DNA of 64,000 nt from an uncultured Planctomycetia bacterium (GTDB lineage: Bacteria; Omnitrophota; Gorgyraeia; Gorgyraeales; Gorgyraeaceae): positions 138,475-202,474 of the forward strand of contig CAYPYS010000002.1 of the NCBI GenBank assembly GCA_964415355.1, in the 5' to 3' direction. Position numbers and translations under genes: made by a program. Shown one piece after another: positions 1 through 9,145 of the stretch (positions are counted from its first letter, which is position 1; each line of letters begins with the position of its first letter). The notes below the pieces were generated by a model. It searched no databases and was not told where the DNA came from. It saw only the letters and a list, made by a program, of their open reading frames with translations.

Positions 1-1150
1 GAGTAAATTTTTCAGCTGCCCATGCTGTCAGGACGCTCATGCCTTCAGAGTCAGCGACAAGCAGGTGCACTCCCATTTTGCTCGCTTCTATCTCCGGCGT
101 CACGGTATAGAATGTCAGAGAAAAGTTCGTGGTTACCATGAGCGGAGAATTTTCATTGACCGCGCCGATGGCGTAAAGTTTCGGCTCGACCGTAACCGGT
201 TTCTGCGGATCAGTGTAAATATTTTGTCGCAGCGTCACGATAGGGAGTAAAACTTCTTTATCCAGGGAGTCGATTACTATTATGCTCGCGTATTTGGCAA
301 TATATGTGCATGCTTCCTGTACCATGTTGTATTTTTCTTTGCTTTTCACAAACGCTATTATCGGATAACCGAGCGACCTCTGATTTTTCTTTAAAGCTAG
401 CCTTCTGGCCTGAGTAAAGTCATTTAGCGCTTGATGGAGCTCGCCAGGACCGGGATCCAAAACTATCGCCTCTATTCCCTGTGAACTAGCTTCTTTAGAT
501 AGCTTATCTAATTCGTCTAGATTTTCAGCCTTTAGCGCCAATGGGACTTTGTAGGTTTTGGCAATTCCGCACATTTCTTTTATGTTAGCGCTGTTCGCGG
601 CATATATAAGAGGTTTTTTATCAGCGCACTTTTTCACAGCCGATTCCATCGCCTTGGTGTCATCGCTGATGAGTATCAAGGCCTTTTTTGTAAGCGAAGA
701 GGCCTTGTCCGCGGCGCTTTCAAATTTTTCAGCAGACCCACTCTTGTTTATAATCGCAACCATATCGATCGTTATATGCTGGCCGACTCTCTCAAAACCG
801 GTTTCTTCTATAGATTTTATTTTCGCGGTCAATTCAGCATCAGATAGCGTGTCTTCCGTGCTTATTGCTATAGCAGTCTGGTGATAGAAGGTTTTTTCAT
901 GCCTGAACAGGACCGTTTCCCCGCCCGCTTCTACTTTGCTGTCTCCGGAGCCGAACGCCACTGTCGCTATTGGCGGCCGCGATGCCTGATCCAGGGCCTT
1001 TTTCGCGTCTTCTGTTATATCAGGGCACTGGTCCAGTGAGGCCTTTTTCATGGCGAGCTTCATAGCGAACGCAAGACATGTGGGCGAGCCGCATTTTTTG
1101 CAATTTGTCTTAGGTAAGAGTTTGTAGATATCAAGGCCTGATAGTGCCAT
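1..1150 (-). CDS. acsC: Corrinoid Fe-S protein large (gamma) subunit, 3' end outside window
   Basis: Manual translation from ATG 1150: MALSGLDIYKLLPKTNCKKCGSPTCLAFAMKLA (AcsC Fe-S motif); GGAG SD; downstream of acsB. Confidence 0.93.
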   Translation of the reverse strand, partial: MALSGLDIYKLLPKTNCKKCGSPTCLAFAMKLAMKKASLDQCPDITEDAKKALDQASRPPIATVAFGSGDSKVEAGGETVLFRHEKTFYHQTAIAISTEDTLSDAELTAKIKSIEETGFERVGQHITIDMVAIINKSGSAEKFESAADKASSLTKKALILISDDTKAMESAVKKCADKKPLIYAANSANIKEMCGIAKTYKVPLALKAENLDELDKLSKEASSQGIEAIVLDPGPGELHQALNDFTQARRLALKKNQRSLGYPIIAFVKSKEKYNMVQEACTYIAKYASIIVIDSLDKEVLLPIVTLRQNIYTDPQKPVTVEPKLYAIGAVNENSPLMVTTNFSLTFYTVTPEIEASKMGVHLLVADSEGMSVLTAWAAEKFT

Positions 1151-1167
1151 TATAGTCTCCTATCTTG

Positions 1168-3345
1168 TTAAATAACCGCTTCCATTTTCAGGGCTGGGTG
1201 GCCGACTTTTTCCAGATAAGGCAGCAGCTCTTCTGTAGTCGTGGCAATGGTTTCGTCCGCGATTTTATTTACAAAATCCGGATCGCCCAGCTCTTTGCAT
1301 CTCTCTTTTAATTTGTCACCAAGAGATTCTTTTAATTCTTTTGTCATCCAGACAACTCTTTTTAGTCCGCCTTCGGCAGATATGAATTTTTTACTCGTCA
1401 AATAAAGCCTACCCACTCCCATGAAACCGGGTGTCTGCATGCCTCCGCCGATCGTGCCTGCCAGAGTTGAAAAGCCCATGCCAGCTGGCGTAGGGCCGGC
1501 GTACTCGCGGTTTACGACCATAAATCCATTGGCTTCAGGCAGTATTGCGATAATGCATTCAAAGCATCCGCAGCTTGTCTCGGGCGCGTCCATTATAGAA
1601 TAACCGCAAAATCTTTCTAATGTGCGGTTTGATTTTTGGTTTATTGCTTCGTTTACGCCTGTCCATTCTCCTTTTACAGGATCGAGGCATTGCCCTTTCT
1701 TCACAGGTTGATTTGGACCTGTTGGGTTTAGCTCATTTGACGCCTTTGCGTCCAGCCAGTTATACGCGCCGCACAAGCCTATCCTCTCGGGTTTGATTAT
1801 ACATACGTGATTTGGCGCAAAACTCTGACAGAGCGTGCATGTCCAGAATACATCCACGCTATCATCTGTCATGCCTGCTACGCGTGCGTCTCTTTCTTCG
1901 TATGATTTCCGAGCTTCTTTTATTAATTTTTTTACGTCCTCTTCTTTTGTATAAATCGTGATCTGCACTTTATCAGCTATGGCGCTGAATACATCATGAA
2001 AACGTGCGTGCAATATCACGCCAAAGTGTTTTAGTTTAAGACCTTTGTTTTTTGCATCTTTTGAAATCCTGACCCAGCACATATCTCTTTGTCCCATGTG
2101 AAATATGCCCATAGCTTCGTTCAGAAAACTATGTATCTGTCTTTCCAGGATAGGCTCGAAGTCCTTCTGCATCTTTCTCCCGGCAACCTCGACAACAACT
2201 CCTAGAGGCGCTGCATCGCCCTCTTTCATATCATCTACCCCTGGTCCTACGACTCCGATCTTTCCATCTTCTATCTTTCCCCCGTCTACCATTTTTACAA
2301 ATTCGAAGGCATCTGAATATTTTCCACCAAACTGTGCAAACATTTGTTCGCGCCTTACGCGTTCGCCTTCAAACGCAGGAGAATATGAAACTGGTATCGG
2401 TATTTCTGAGATCTTTAGTTTTATACCTCTTAATTCTATTGCTGCAGGCACTATTTTCTTATGGTTCAGTTCTTTTATGACATGTTCGTATGTACAGATG
2501 CCGGTTGGTCGTATTTCAGGAATATCGGTATCTGCGATTACAGGAAAGCCCATGTTTATCGCGCCTGCACCTGTAGCATATTTTATATCATCTAGCTCTC
2601 CTAAGACCATGCCAAACGCAAATACGCGATCTTTGCAATATTTTAAACATTTAAGCGCTTCGCCTTTTTTGTGTCCACCAAAAGTAAGCGCGCCTCGAAT
2701 AGCCCAGTTTAAAGGATATATGGCGCTAAGGGTGTCCCTGCCGTAAGGCACTATATAGGTATCCCAACCCATCTCTACTTTTTCCTCTAAGAGCTGATCT
2801 ATTATACTGTGACCTCCTGCATTGCTTCCGACAAATGTCATGATGCTACGCTTCTGAAGTTCGCGCACTATATACACTGCAGTTTTGTTATCTGGTGCTG
2901 CACCGAGAATGGCCGCGAATCCAGGCATTCTTCCATCAACAAGCTGTATGCCTAGGGTGCGCAATATAGTATCCGAGAAAAAACCATTACAGTCTTTTTG
3001 CGGCTCTTGATTATAGAGGTAACGCAAGCCCATTATTATCTCTTCACACAATAGAGTAGCCACTCCCGAATCTAGAGTGTCTCCTAAATAAGGCAACCAG
3101 ATTTTTTCACTTGGATCGTCGTGCAATAGTGTCTTTGAGAAATCCAGAACCTTTTTTGCCTCTTTTAGGTTTTTTACTTCTTCGCCTAGCAATGCATAGG
3201 CCATAGGGAAATAAAAGGCTGTCTCTGGAAACTTGACCTCGCAGCTCTCGTTTTTTTCTTTAATAGCTTTATTTAAAAATTCTTCAGCCTCTTTATATAT
3301 TGCCTTTGCGCCCCTTATGGCAGCTGATGCAATTATTTTTGACAT
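1168..3345 (-). CDS. acsB: Acetyl-CoA synthase (CO-methylating) subunit
   Basis: CTLCQSFAPNHVC, GLCGAY and TSCGCFE A-cluster motifs; 725 aa. Confidence 0.96.
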   Translation of the reverse strand: MSKIIASAAIRGAKAIYKEAEEFLNKAIKEKNESCEVKFPETAFYFPMAYALLGEEVKNLKEAKKVLDFSKTLLHDDPSEKIWLPYLGDTLDSGVATLLCEEIIMGLRYLYNQEPQKDCNGFFSDTILRTLGIQLVDGRMPGFAAILGAAPDNKTAVYIVRELQKRSIMTFVGSNAGGHSIIDQLLEEKVEMGWDTYIVPYGRDTLSAIYPLNWAIRGALTFGGHKKGEALKCLKYCKDRVFAFGMVLGELDDIKYATGAGAINMGFPVIADTDIPEIRPTGICTYEHVIKELNHKKIVPAAIELRGIKLKISEIPIPVSYSPAFEGERVRREQMFAQFGGKYSDAFEFVKMVDGGKIEDGKIGVVGPGVDDMKEGDAAPLGVVVEVAGRKMQKDFEPILERQIHSFLNEAMGIFHMGQRDMCWVRISKDAKNKGLKLKHFGVILHARFHDVFSAIADKVQITIYTKEEDVKKLIKEARKSYEERDARVAGMTDDSVDVFWTCTLCQSFAPNHVCIIKPERIGLCGAYNWLDAKASNELNPTGPNQPVKKGQCLDPVKGEWTGVNEAINQKSNRTLERFCGYSIMDAPETSCGCFECIIAILPEANGFMVVNREYAGPTPAGMGFSTLAGTIGGGMQTPGFMGVGRLYLTSKKFISAEGGLKRVVWMTKELKESLGDKLKERCKELGDPDFVNKIADETIATTTEELLPYLEKVGHPALKMEAVI

Positions 3346-3373
3346 ACATCTTCCTCCTCGTAAGCAGCTAATA

Positions 3374-3940
3374 TTATTTTTGTTTTTTTTGTCTTTGGCG
3401 TATCAACTTGTCGATTTTGTCTTCTTTAAAATTTACCAGATATTCTTTTTTCTTTTTTTTGTTTAGTTCTTTTATAGTTTTAAACTGCAATGCCTTGCTC
3501 GGGCAGGACACTACGCAAGCAGGAAATTGGCCTTTCTCGAGCCTTTCGAAGCAAAGGTCACATTTGGTTACAATTGTGTTTCTCTTGCTTGCAGCTGTGC
3601 TTTTTCGCCTTATTCGGATTGCTCCAAAAGGACAGGCTGGTATGCAGCGCTTGCACCCAACGCACAAATCATCTTTTATCAAAACAGGTCCTTCTTTGTC
3701 TGATTTTATTATGGCCTTGGTCGGACAGATTTTAACGCATGGTGTGTCGTCGCAATGTCTGCACTGCAGAGGCACTGCGAGATCGCCTATTCTTTCTACT
3801 TTGACTCTTGTCTGTGGCAAAGGTTTTTCATCAACAGCCTTTGCCAACTCTTTTGATTTTGAATGCACTATCGCACACTGGAGCTCGCAAGTCCTGCAGG
3901 CCAGGCATTTTTTCGGATCAATTATAATAATACCCTTCAT
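3374..3940 (-). CDS. 4Fe-4S dicluster electron-transfer protein (CooF/HydN-like)
   Basis: Four Cys clusters (CLACRTCELQC, CRHCDDTPC, CVGCKRCIPAC, CDLC...C); adjacent to CODH. Confidence 0.88.
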   Translation of the reverse strand: MKGIIIIDPKKCLACRTCELQCAIVHSKSKELAKAVDEKPLPQTRVKVERIGDLAVPLQCRHCDDTPCVKICPTKAIIKSDKEGPVLIKDDLCVGCKRCIPACPFGAIRIRRKSTAASKRNTIVTKCDLCFERLEKGQFPACVVSCPSKALQFKTIKELNKKKKKEYLVNFKEDKIDKLIRQRQKKQK

Positions 3941-3958
3941 ATTTCCTCTAACATCTCG

Positions 3959-3995
3959 TAACTTTACACTTTAACATTGTTGAAATGTAAAGTTA
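3959..3995. repeat. 37-bp palindrome copy; terminal TTA is the cooS stop
   Basis: taactttacactttaac-att-gttgaaatgtaaagtta. Confidence 0.95.
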
Positions 3996-5879
3996 GGCTT
4001 TAAGCTTAAGTGCTTCGCGTTTTTTGTTTATGTGCTCTATCATCAGCTCGGCACCTTTGATGGGATTTTTTTCAAATGCCCATTTGCCGCCGAACATTGG
4101 TTCTATTTCATTGCACATATAATTTTTAAGGTTTTTAGCGCCAAGGACTCGCAATGGCGAGCCAATGACTACAAAGATCCCTGATGTAATAAAATACCAG
4201 CCTATGGCAATTGCTTTTTCAGACATCCATTCCGGCGCTGCGCCTGCAACAGGAAGCTCGTCGATGCTGTTTCCGATGCCACCTTCTTTCACCATCTCGC
4301 AGCATGCTGTGAGAATTCTAGTATTGTCAACGCATGATCCTGTGTGCAGGACCGGCGGAATACCTACTGCTTCGCAAACTTCTTTAAGGCCGTCGCCCGC
4401 GTATCTGAATGCTGCCTCAGGCGTTAAGAGTCCTGCCTTTCCGCATGCACCGGCAGAGCAACCTGTTTGCACTACTAGCACGTCATTCTTTATAAGGTGT
4501 TTTACCATGTCGGCATGACACATGCTCGACTCGTTCTTAGGATTGTCACAACCTACCACGCCTGCTACTCCTCGTATCCTGCCGCTCATTATTGCGTCGT
4601 TCAGCGGCCTGTATGTCCCCCTGAACTTGCCGCCGAGATTGTAAAAGACATTCTCCATGGTGAAACCGGCGACTATCGTCATTTTTTCTTTTGGTATGTT
4701 GACCTTGGATTTGTCCCTATTTTTATAATTTTCTATCGCCTGCGTCAGGATATTCTTTGCTATCTTAAGTGCGTCTTTTTCGTGAAATTCAATATGATCT
4801 ATTCCTTTAAACCTTGCCTTTGGTGAAGTCGATATAAGCTTTGTGTGATAGTTTTTAGCGACATCCGGGAGTGAAGGCATTATGCATTGCACATCCACGA
4901 TCATTGCCTCTACGGCGCCTGTGACTATTGCGAGCTCCTGCTGCAGGAAATTTCCTGCCATAGGCATGCCGTGTCTCATCAAGATCTCGGCAGCAGTGCA
5001 GCATATACCTGCAAGATTAATGCCTTTTGCCCCACTTTTCTTTATTAAATCGAGTATTTCTTTGTCTTGACTTGCTGTGACGATCATGTCTGACAGGGTC
5101 GGCTCGTGGCCGTGCACCAGGACATTGACCTCGTTATCTTTTAAGACGCCCAGGTTTACTTCTGCGCGTATAGGTTGCGGAGAACCGAATAGTATATCAC
5201 TGAGGTCTGTCGCTATCATGGATCCGCCCCAGCCGTCCACGAGCGATGCCCTGATAGCCTGCTCAATGACATGCTTGTATTCGTTGTCGCAACCCATGTG
5301 CGTGCGCGAAAAAGCCTGCACTACCTCTATATCAATGCCTACGGGAGTTACGTTAAATTTCTTCCAGTTCTCGCGTTGTTTTTTCGGAGCCCTCTTGAGA
5401 AGCGTCAATTCACCTTCTTGCTGACCAAATTCTTTCAAAATCCTTTCACCTAACTCTTCAGCTATTTTAAGATCATTCTTGCCTTCTACTTTTAATCCAA
5501 ATTCCTGGGCTATGGCCCTTAATTTTTTAGGATCCTTTATCTGGTAATCCTTTGCCTGACCCCTGCCCAGTTCCAATAATGTCTTTGCGAGGTCGCGGCC
5601 GTGGTCAGAGTGGCACGCAGCGCCTGCTGCGGTATTGCGCGCAAGATTTCTCGCGGCTATGGTGTCTGCGTCTGCTCCACACGTGCCTACCTTTGCGCCT
5701 TCGCCAAAAGGGTCTATGCGGCACGGACCCAGGTTGCACAGCTTGCAGCATACTCCGAGCGTTCCGAATCCGCAGTGCGGCTCTTGGATTGCGAAGCGGT
5801 CCCACACCGTATCGATATTGCTCTTTTTAGCGAGATCGATCAATTTATCATTTACAGGATTACCCGTTGGTTTTGACAT
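3993..5879 (-). CDS. cooS: Anaerobic Ni-CO dehydrogenase catalytic subunit
   Basis: CGFG..GVCCKLCNLGPC, HGHEP, GICCTA, GSCVDN, WMSEKA motifs. Confidence 0.96.
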   Translation of the reverse strand: MSKPTGNPVNDKLIDLAKKSNIDTVWDRFAIQEPHCGFGTLGVCCKLCNLGPCRIDPFGEGAKVGTCGADADTIAARNLARNTAAGAACHSDHGRDLAKTLLELGRGQAKDYQIKDPKKLRAIAQEFGLKVEGKNDLKIAEELGERILKEFGQQEGELTLLKRAPKKQRENWKKFNVTPVGIDIEVVQAFSRTHMGCDNEYKHVIEQAIRASLVDGWGGSMIATDLSDILFGSPQPIRAEVNLGVLKDNEVNVLVHGHEPTLSDMIVTASQDKEILDLIKKSGAKGINLAGICCTAAEILMRHGMPMAGNFLQQELAIVTGAVEAMIVDVQCIMPSLPDVAKNYHTKLISTSPKARFKGIDHIEFHEKDALKIAKNILTQAIENYKNRDKSKVNIPKEKMTIVAGFTMENVFYNLGGKFRGTYRPLNDAIMSGRIRGVAGVVGCDNPKNESSMCHADMVKHLIKNDVLVVQTGCSAGACGKAGLLTPEAAFRYAGDGLKEVCEAVGIPPVLHTGSCVDNTRILTACCEMVKEGGIGNSIDELPVAGAAPEWMSEKAIAIGWYFITSGIFVVIGSPLRVLGAKNLKNYMCNEIEPMFGGKWAFEKNPIKGAELMIEHINKKREALKLKA

Positions 5880-6594
5880 CTAAAGCCCCCTCCAGATCTT
5901 TTATGAATTGAGAATTTTTTGGCAACTTCCCTCTTGAATCTATAAGAGACTCATCAACTCTTATAAAACCCTCTATATTTGACCCTTTTAAATTCTTTCG
6001 TATAAAATCCCTGTCCTTATCCGACCTGACCCTGTTTCCGATAACGGAGATTTCTTTAACCTTTAGATTCTCAGCCAGCTCTTTTATTCTACCCGCTGTG
6101 TTTATAGAGGTGCTATTGGGCTCTACAATTATAATAAACTTGTCGACTGCCTGCGCTGTGCCTCTGCCCAGGTGCTCTACGCCTGCCTCCATGTCCACGA
6201 TCGCGACCTCATCTCTATTTAAGAATACATGACTCAATAGCGCTTTTAAGAACGCGCTCTCGGGGCACACGCATCCGGCCCCGCCTTTTTTGACAGTGCC
6301 CATCTCCATGAGCCTGATGCCGTCTACGAGTTTTGAAAATTTATCGGGTATGTCATCCACTTTCGGGTTCAGCTTAAAAAACGCGCCGACTTCCCCTGTG
6401 CGCTCGAGTATCATCTTTTTTAATTCAGCTATCGGCTGTGGTCTTTCTGTGATCCCGAGGGCTGTTGCCAGATTGGCGTCAGGGTCAGCGTCGATAGCGA
6501 TCACGTTGCGCCCTTGTTTTTTAAAAATAAGCGCAAGGCCAGCTGCAACTGACGTCTTACCAACCCCACCTTTACCCGTAATTGCTATTTTCAT
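5860..6594 (-). CDS. cooC: CODH nickel-insertion ATPase
   Basis: MKIAITGKGGVGKT, GCVCPE, DMEAGVEH; ATG 6594 preferred. Confidence 0.93.
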   Translation of the reverse strand: MKIAITGKGGVGKTSVAAGLALIFKKQGRNVIAIDADPDANLATALGITERPQPIAELKKMILERTGEVGAFFKLNPKVDDIPDKFSKLVDGIRLMEMGTVKKGGAGCVCPESAFLKALLSHVFLNRDEVAIVDMEAGVEHLGRGTAQAVDKFIIIVEPNSTSINTAGRIKELAENLKVKEISVIGNRVRSDKDRDFIRKNLKGSNIEGFIRVDESLIDSRGKLPKNSQFIKDLEGALDVKTNG

Positions 6595-6616
6595 ATCCAC
6601 CAATATTTTTTAAAGT

Positions 6617-6653
6617 TAACTTTACATTTCAACAACGTTAAAATGTAAAGTTA
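6617..6653. repeat. 37-bp palindrome copy, 4 bp after metF stop
   Basis: taactttacatttcaac-aac-gttaaaatgtaaagtta. Confidence 0.95.
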
Positions 6654-6657
6654 GGCC

Positions 6658-7524
6658 TTATAGACCTGCCGCGTCCAGGACCATGGGCACTTTCTTGTCC
6701 CAACCTATGGGCATTATATGGATACCCTGCGATATAGGCTTTAGTTCCTTTATTAATCTGGCTGCGATTTCAATGGACGTGGCGCTCTTGTCTTGTGTTT
6801 TATCCATTTCCTGGATCAGGCTATCAGGCACAGATACGCCAGCTACATTCTTGTTCATATATTTAGCCATGCCGGCTGATTTCAAGAGCACGATACCCGC
6901 TATTATAGTAGTTTTTAAGTGCTTAGCTGCATCAAGAAATTTTTTAAATAGCATCACGTCATATATTGCCTGCGTTTGGAAAAATTGAGCGCCTGCCTCG
7001 ATCTTTTTCTCCATCTTAACTATCTCCGGCTCTATGGGGTCAGCCCCGGGATTCACAACAGCACCTGTGCAGAACTCCGGTTTCCCTTTTAATTCCTTTC
7101 CGACCATATCCTTTCCAGATTCCAATGTCTTGATTGCCTCAAGCAGCTGTACGGAATCCAGATCAAATACTGGCTTTGCCTGCGGGTGGTCTCCCAGCGC
7201 AGGATGGTCTCCGGTCAGCGCAAGGATGTTCTTTACGCCAAATACCGCTGCTGACAATAAATCCGATTGAAGCGCTAGCCTGTTCCTGTCTCTGCATGTA
7301 ATCTGAAATACAGGCTCAATGCCGCGCTCTATCAGAAATTTACATATAGCCAAAGAGCCTACGCGCATGACAGAGCTCTGGAGATCCGTTACGTTTACGG
7401 CGTCTACCCTGTCTTTTATAAGCTCAGCATCTTTTAACATCTCTTCGATGTCGGTTCCTTTTGGCGGACCGATCTCAGAGGTCAATATAAATTTACCAGC
7501 TTTGATTTTATCGCACAAAGACAT
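6658..7524 (-). CDS. metF: Methylenetetrahydrofolate reductase
   Basis: EIGPPKG, TCRDRNRLALQ, LTGDHP, FFQTQ motifs. Confidence 0.93.
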   Translation of the reverse strand: MSLCDKIKAGKFILTSEIGPPKGTDIEEMLKDAELIKDRVDAVNVTDLQSSVMRVGSLAICKFLIERGIEPVFQITCRDRNRLALQSDLLSAAVFGVKNILALTGDHPALGDHPQAKPVFDLDSVQLLEAIKTLESGKDMVGKELKGKPEFCTGAVVNPGADPIEPEIVKMEKKIEAGAQFFQTQAIYDVMLFKKFLDAAKHLKTTIIAGIVLLKSAGMAKYMNKNVAGVSVPDSLIQEMDKTQDKSATSIEIAARLIKELKPISQGIHIMPIGWDKKVPMVLDAAGL

Positions 7525-7539
7525 ATCTACCTCTTTCTC

Positions 7540-7585
7540 TAACTTTACACTTTAACGTTTTTAACGTTGTTGAAATGTAAACTTA
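7540..7585. repeat. Palindrome copy with internal 9-bp tandem duplication; provides folD stop
   Basis: taactttacac-tttaacgtt-tttaacgtt-gttgaaatgtaaactta. Confidence 0.93.
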
Positions 7586-8446
7586 AGCCATTTGAAGTTT
7601 AAAGGCTTCGACTAGATTTTTCATTAACATTGCTACTGTCAGGGGACCAACGCCACCTGGAACAGGAGTAATATAGGAAGCTTTTTCCTGTGCCTTATCG
7701 AATTCTACATCGCCGACCAATTTTCCTTCGACTCGATTTATGCCTACGTCAATTACAATAGCACCTTCTTTTATCCATTCACCTTTCACGAGTCCGGCCT
7801 TGCCGACAGCTACTATCAGAACCTCTGCTTTTTTTACGAATTCCGGAAGTGTCCCTCTTTGTCCTGTAGCTATATGACATACAGTGGTCGTGGCAAATTT
7901 ATTCAATAACAATAAAGACAATGGTTTTCCAACTATTTCGCTATGACCGACAACGCAGGCTTCTTTTCCATAGAGCTTAAGCGACTCTATTGAATTCAAT
8001 AGCTCCATACATGCAGCTGCTGTGCAAGGCAATATCTTAGCATTGCCGAATACGATTTCTCCCATATTCTGAGGATGCACTGCTTCAACATCCTTTAGGG
8101 GCGCAATATAGCGCGAAATGATCTTTGCATCTATCTGTTGCGGAAGCGGCATCTGTACGATAATACCATTTACAGCCTTGTCGGAATTGAGTTTGGTCAT
8201 TGCTTTTATAAGGTCTCCTTGGGAACTTTTTGCGTCTAATTTTTCGAGCTGATATTCTACGCCAAGATTTTCAGCATTCTTTTTTTGAGATTTCAGGTAA
8301 ACTTCTGAAGCAGGGTTTTCTCCTACCTGGATACTTACTAATCGTGGTACGGTTTTATACTTGGCTTTTAGCCCCTCAATCTCACTTTTTATGTTTTCTT
8401 TTATACTAGCAGAGAGTTTTTTACCGTCCAATAATTGCGCAGCCAT
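7583..8446 (-). CDS. folD: Methylene-THF dehydrogenase/cyclohydrolase
   Basis: PCTA, IVGKP, DVGINR, TPVPGGVGP motifs. Confidence 0.96.
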   Translation of the reverse strand: MAAQLLDGKKLSASIKENIKSEIEGLKAKYKTVPRLVSIQVGENPASEVYLKSQKKNAENLGVEYQLEKLDAKSSQGDLIKAMTKLNSDKAVNGIIVQMPLPQQIDAKIISRYIAPLKDVEAVHPQNMGEIVFGNAKILPCTAAACMELLNSIESLKLYGKEACVVGHSEIVGKPLSLLLLNKFATTTVCHIATGQRGTLPEFVKKAEVLIVAVGKAGLVKGEWIKEGAIVIDVGINRVEGKLVGDVEFDKAQEKASYITPVPGGVGPLTVAMLMKNLVEAFKLQMA

Positions 8447-8447
8447 T

Positions 8448-9047
8448 TTATTTCATCCTTTCGCTTGTTTTGGTCAGGGTTTTTTTATACAAGTCCGCTA
8501 TTTCTTTTTTTAGCGCATCCAATCCCCGTGTTTCTTTTTTTATAAAATCATCGCCTGTCATTCCTTTCAGATTTATCTCACAATTAAATACGCCGGAATT
8601 AAAAGTCGCATTTAAAAGCTCGGCCCCGCAGCCAACGTCTGTGATCAGATTAAGATTCCCTTTCTCCGAAAGATCCAGAGCTATGTTTAGCCCGCTTTTT
8701 GCCGAGCCGCATATTTTTTGACAAATATCATAACCGTTTTTTAAGGCAGCTTCAATGATTTTTTTGTCCTTGGTCTTAAAGGCGTCTCGTATGGCGGAAT
8801 AAGCCTTTACGTCTTCGTCGATCAGCGCGCTAAATTCTTTCCGAATACCTGTTAGCAGGGCAAGATCTTTAGTTATGTCTTGCTCAAAGTCTTTATATCT
8901 TTCCTTTCCAATCGTAAAATTACATACCATTTCCAATAGCGCTATGCCAAGCGCTCCGGTAAAAGCAGCTGCGCTTCCGCCGCCAGGCGCTGGCTTCTTC
9001 GCCGCGAGGTCTTCGATATATTTATTTACAGATTCATTTACATACAT
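8448..9047 (-). CDS. fchA: Cyclodeaminase/cyclohydrolase family protein (FchA-like)
   Basis: PAPGGGSAAA and GNLNLITDVG motifs; between fhs and folD. Confidence 0.85.
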   Translation of the reverse strand: MYVNESVNKYIEDLAAKKPAPGGGSAAAFTGALGIALLEMVCNFTIGKERYKDFEQDITKDLALLTGIRKEFSALIDEDVKAYSAIRDAFKTKDKKIIEAALKNGYDICQKICGSAKSGLNIALDLSEKGNLNLITDVGCGAELLNATFNSGVFNCEINLKGMTGDDFIKKETRGLDALKKEIADLYKKTLTKTSERMK

Positions 9048-9069
9048 CTGATTTGCTCCTTATCTCGCT

Positions 9070-9105
9070 TAAGTTTACAATCAACATTGTTGAAGTGTAT
9101 ACTTA
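9070..9105. repeat. Degenerate 36-bp palindrome copy (first of a tandem pair)
   Basis: taagtttacaatcaac-att-gttgaagtgtatactta. Confidence 0.88.
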
Positions 9106-9110
9106 GCGCT

Positions 9111-9145
9111 TAAGTTTACTTTTAACATTGTTAAAAGTAAACTTA
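9111..9145. repeat. 35-bp perfect palindrome variant; provides fhs stop
   Basis: taagtttacttttaac-att-gttaaaagtaaactta. Confidence 0.93.
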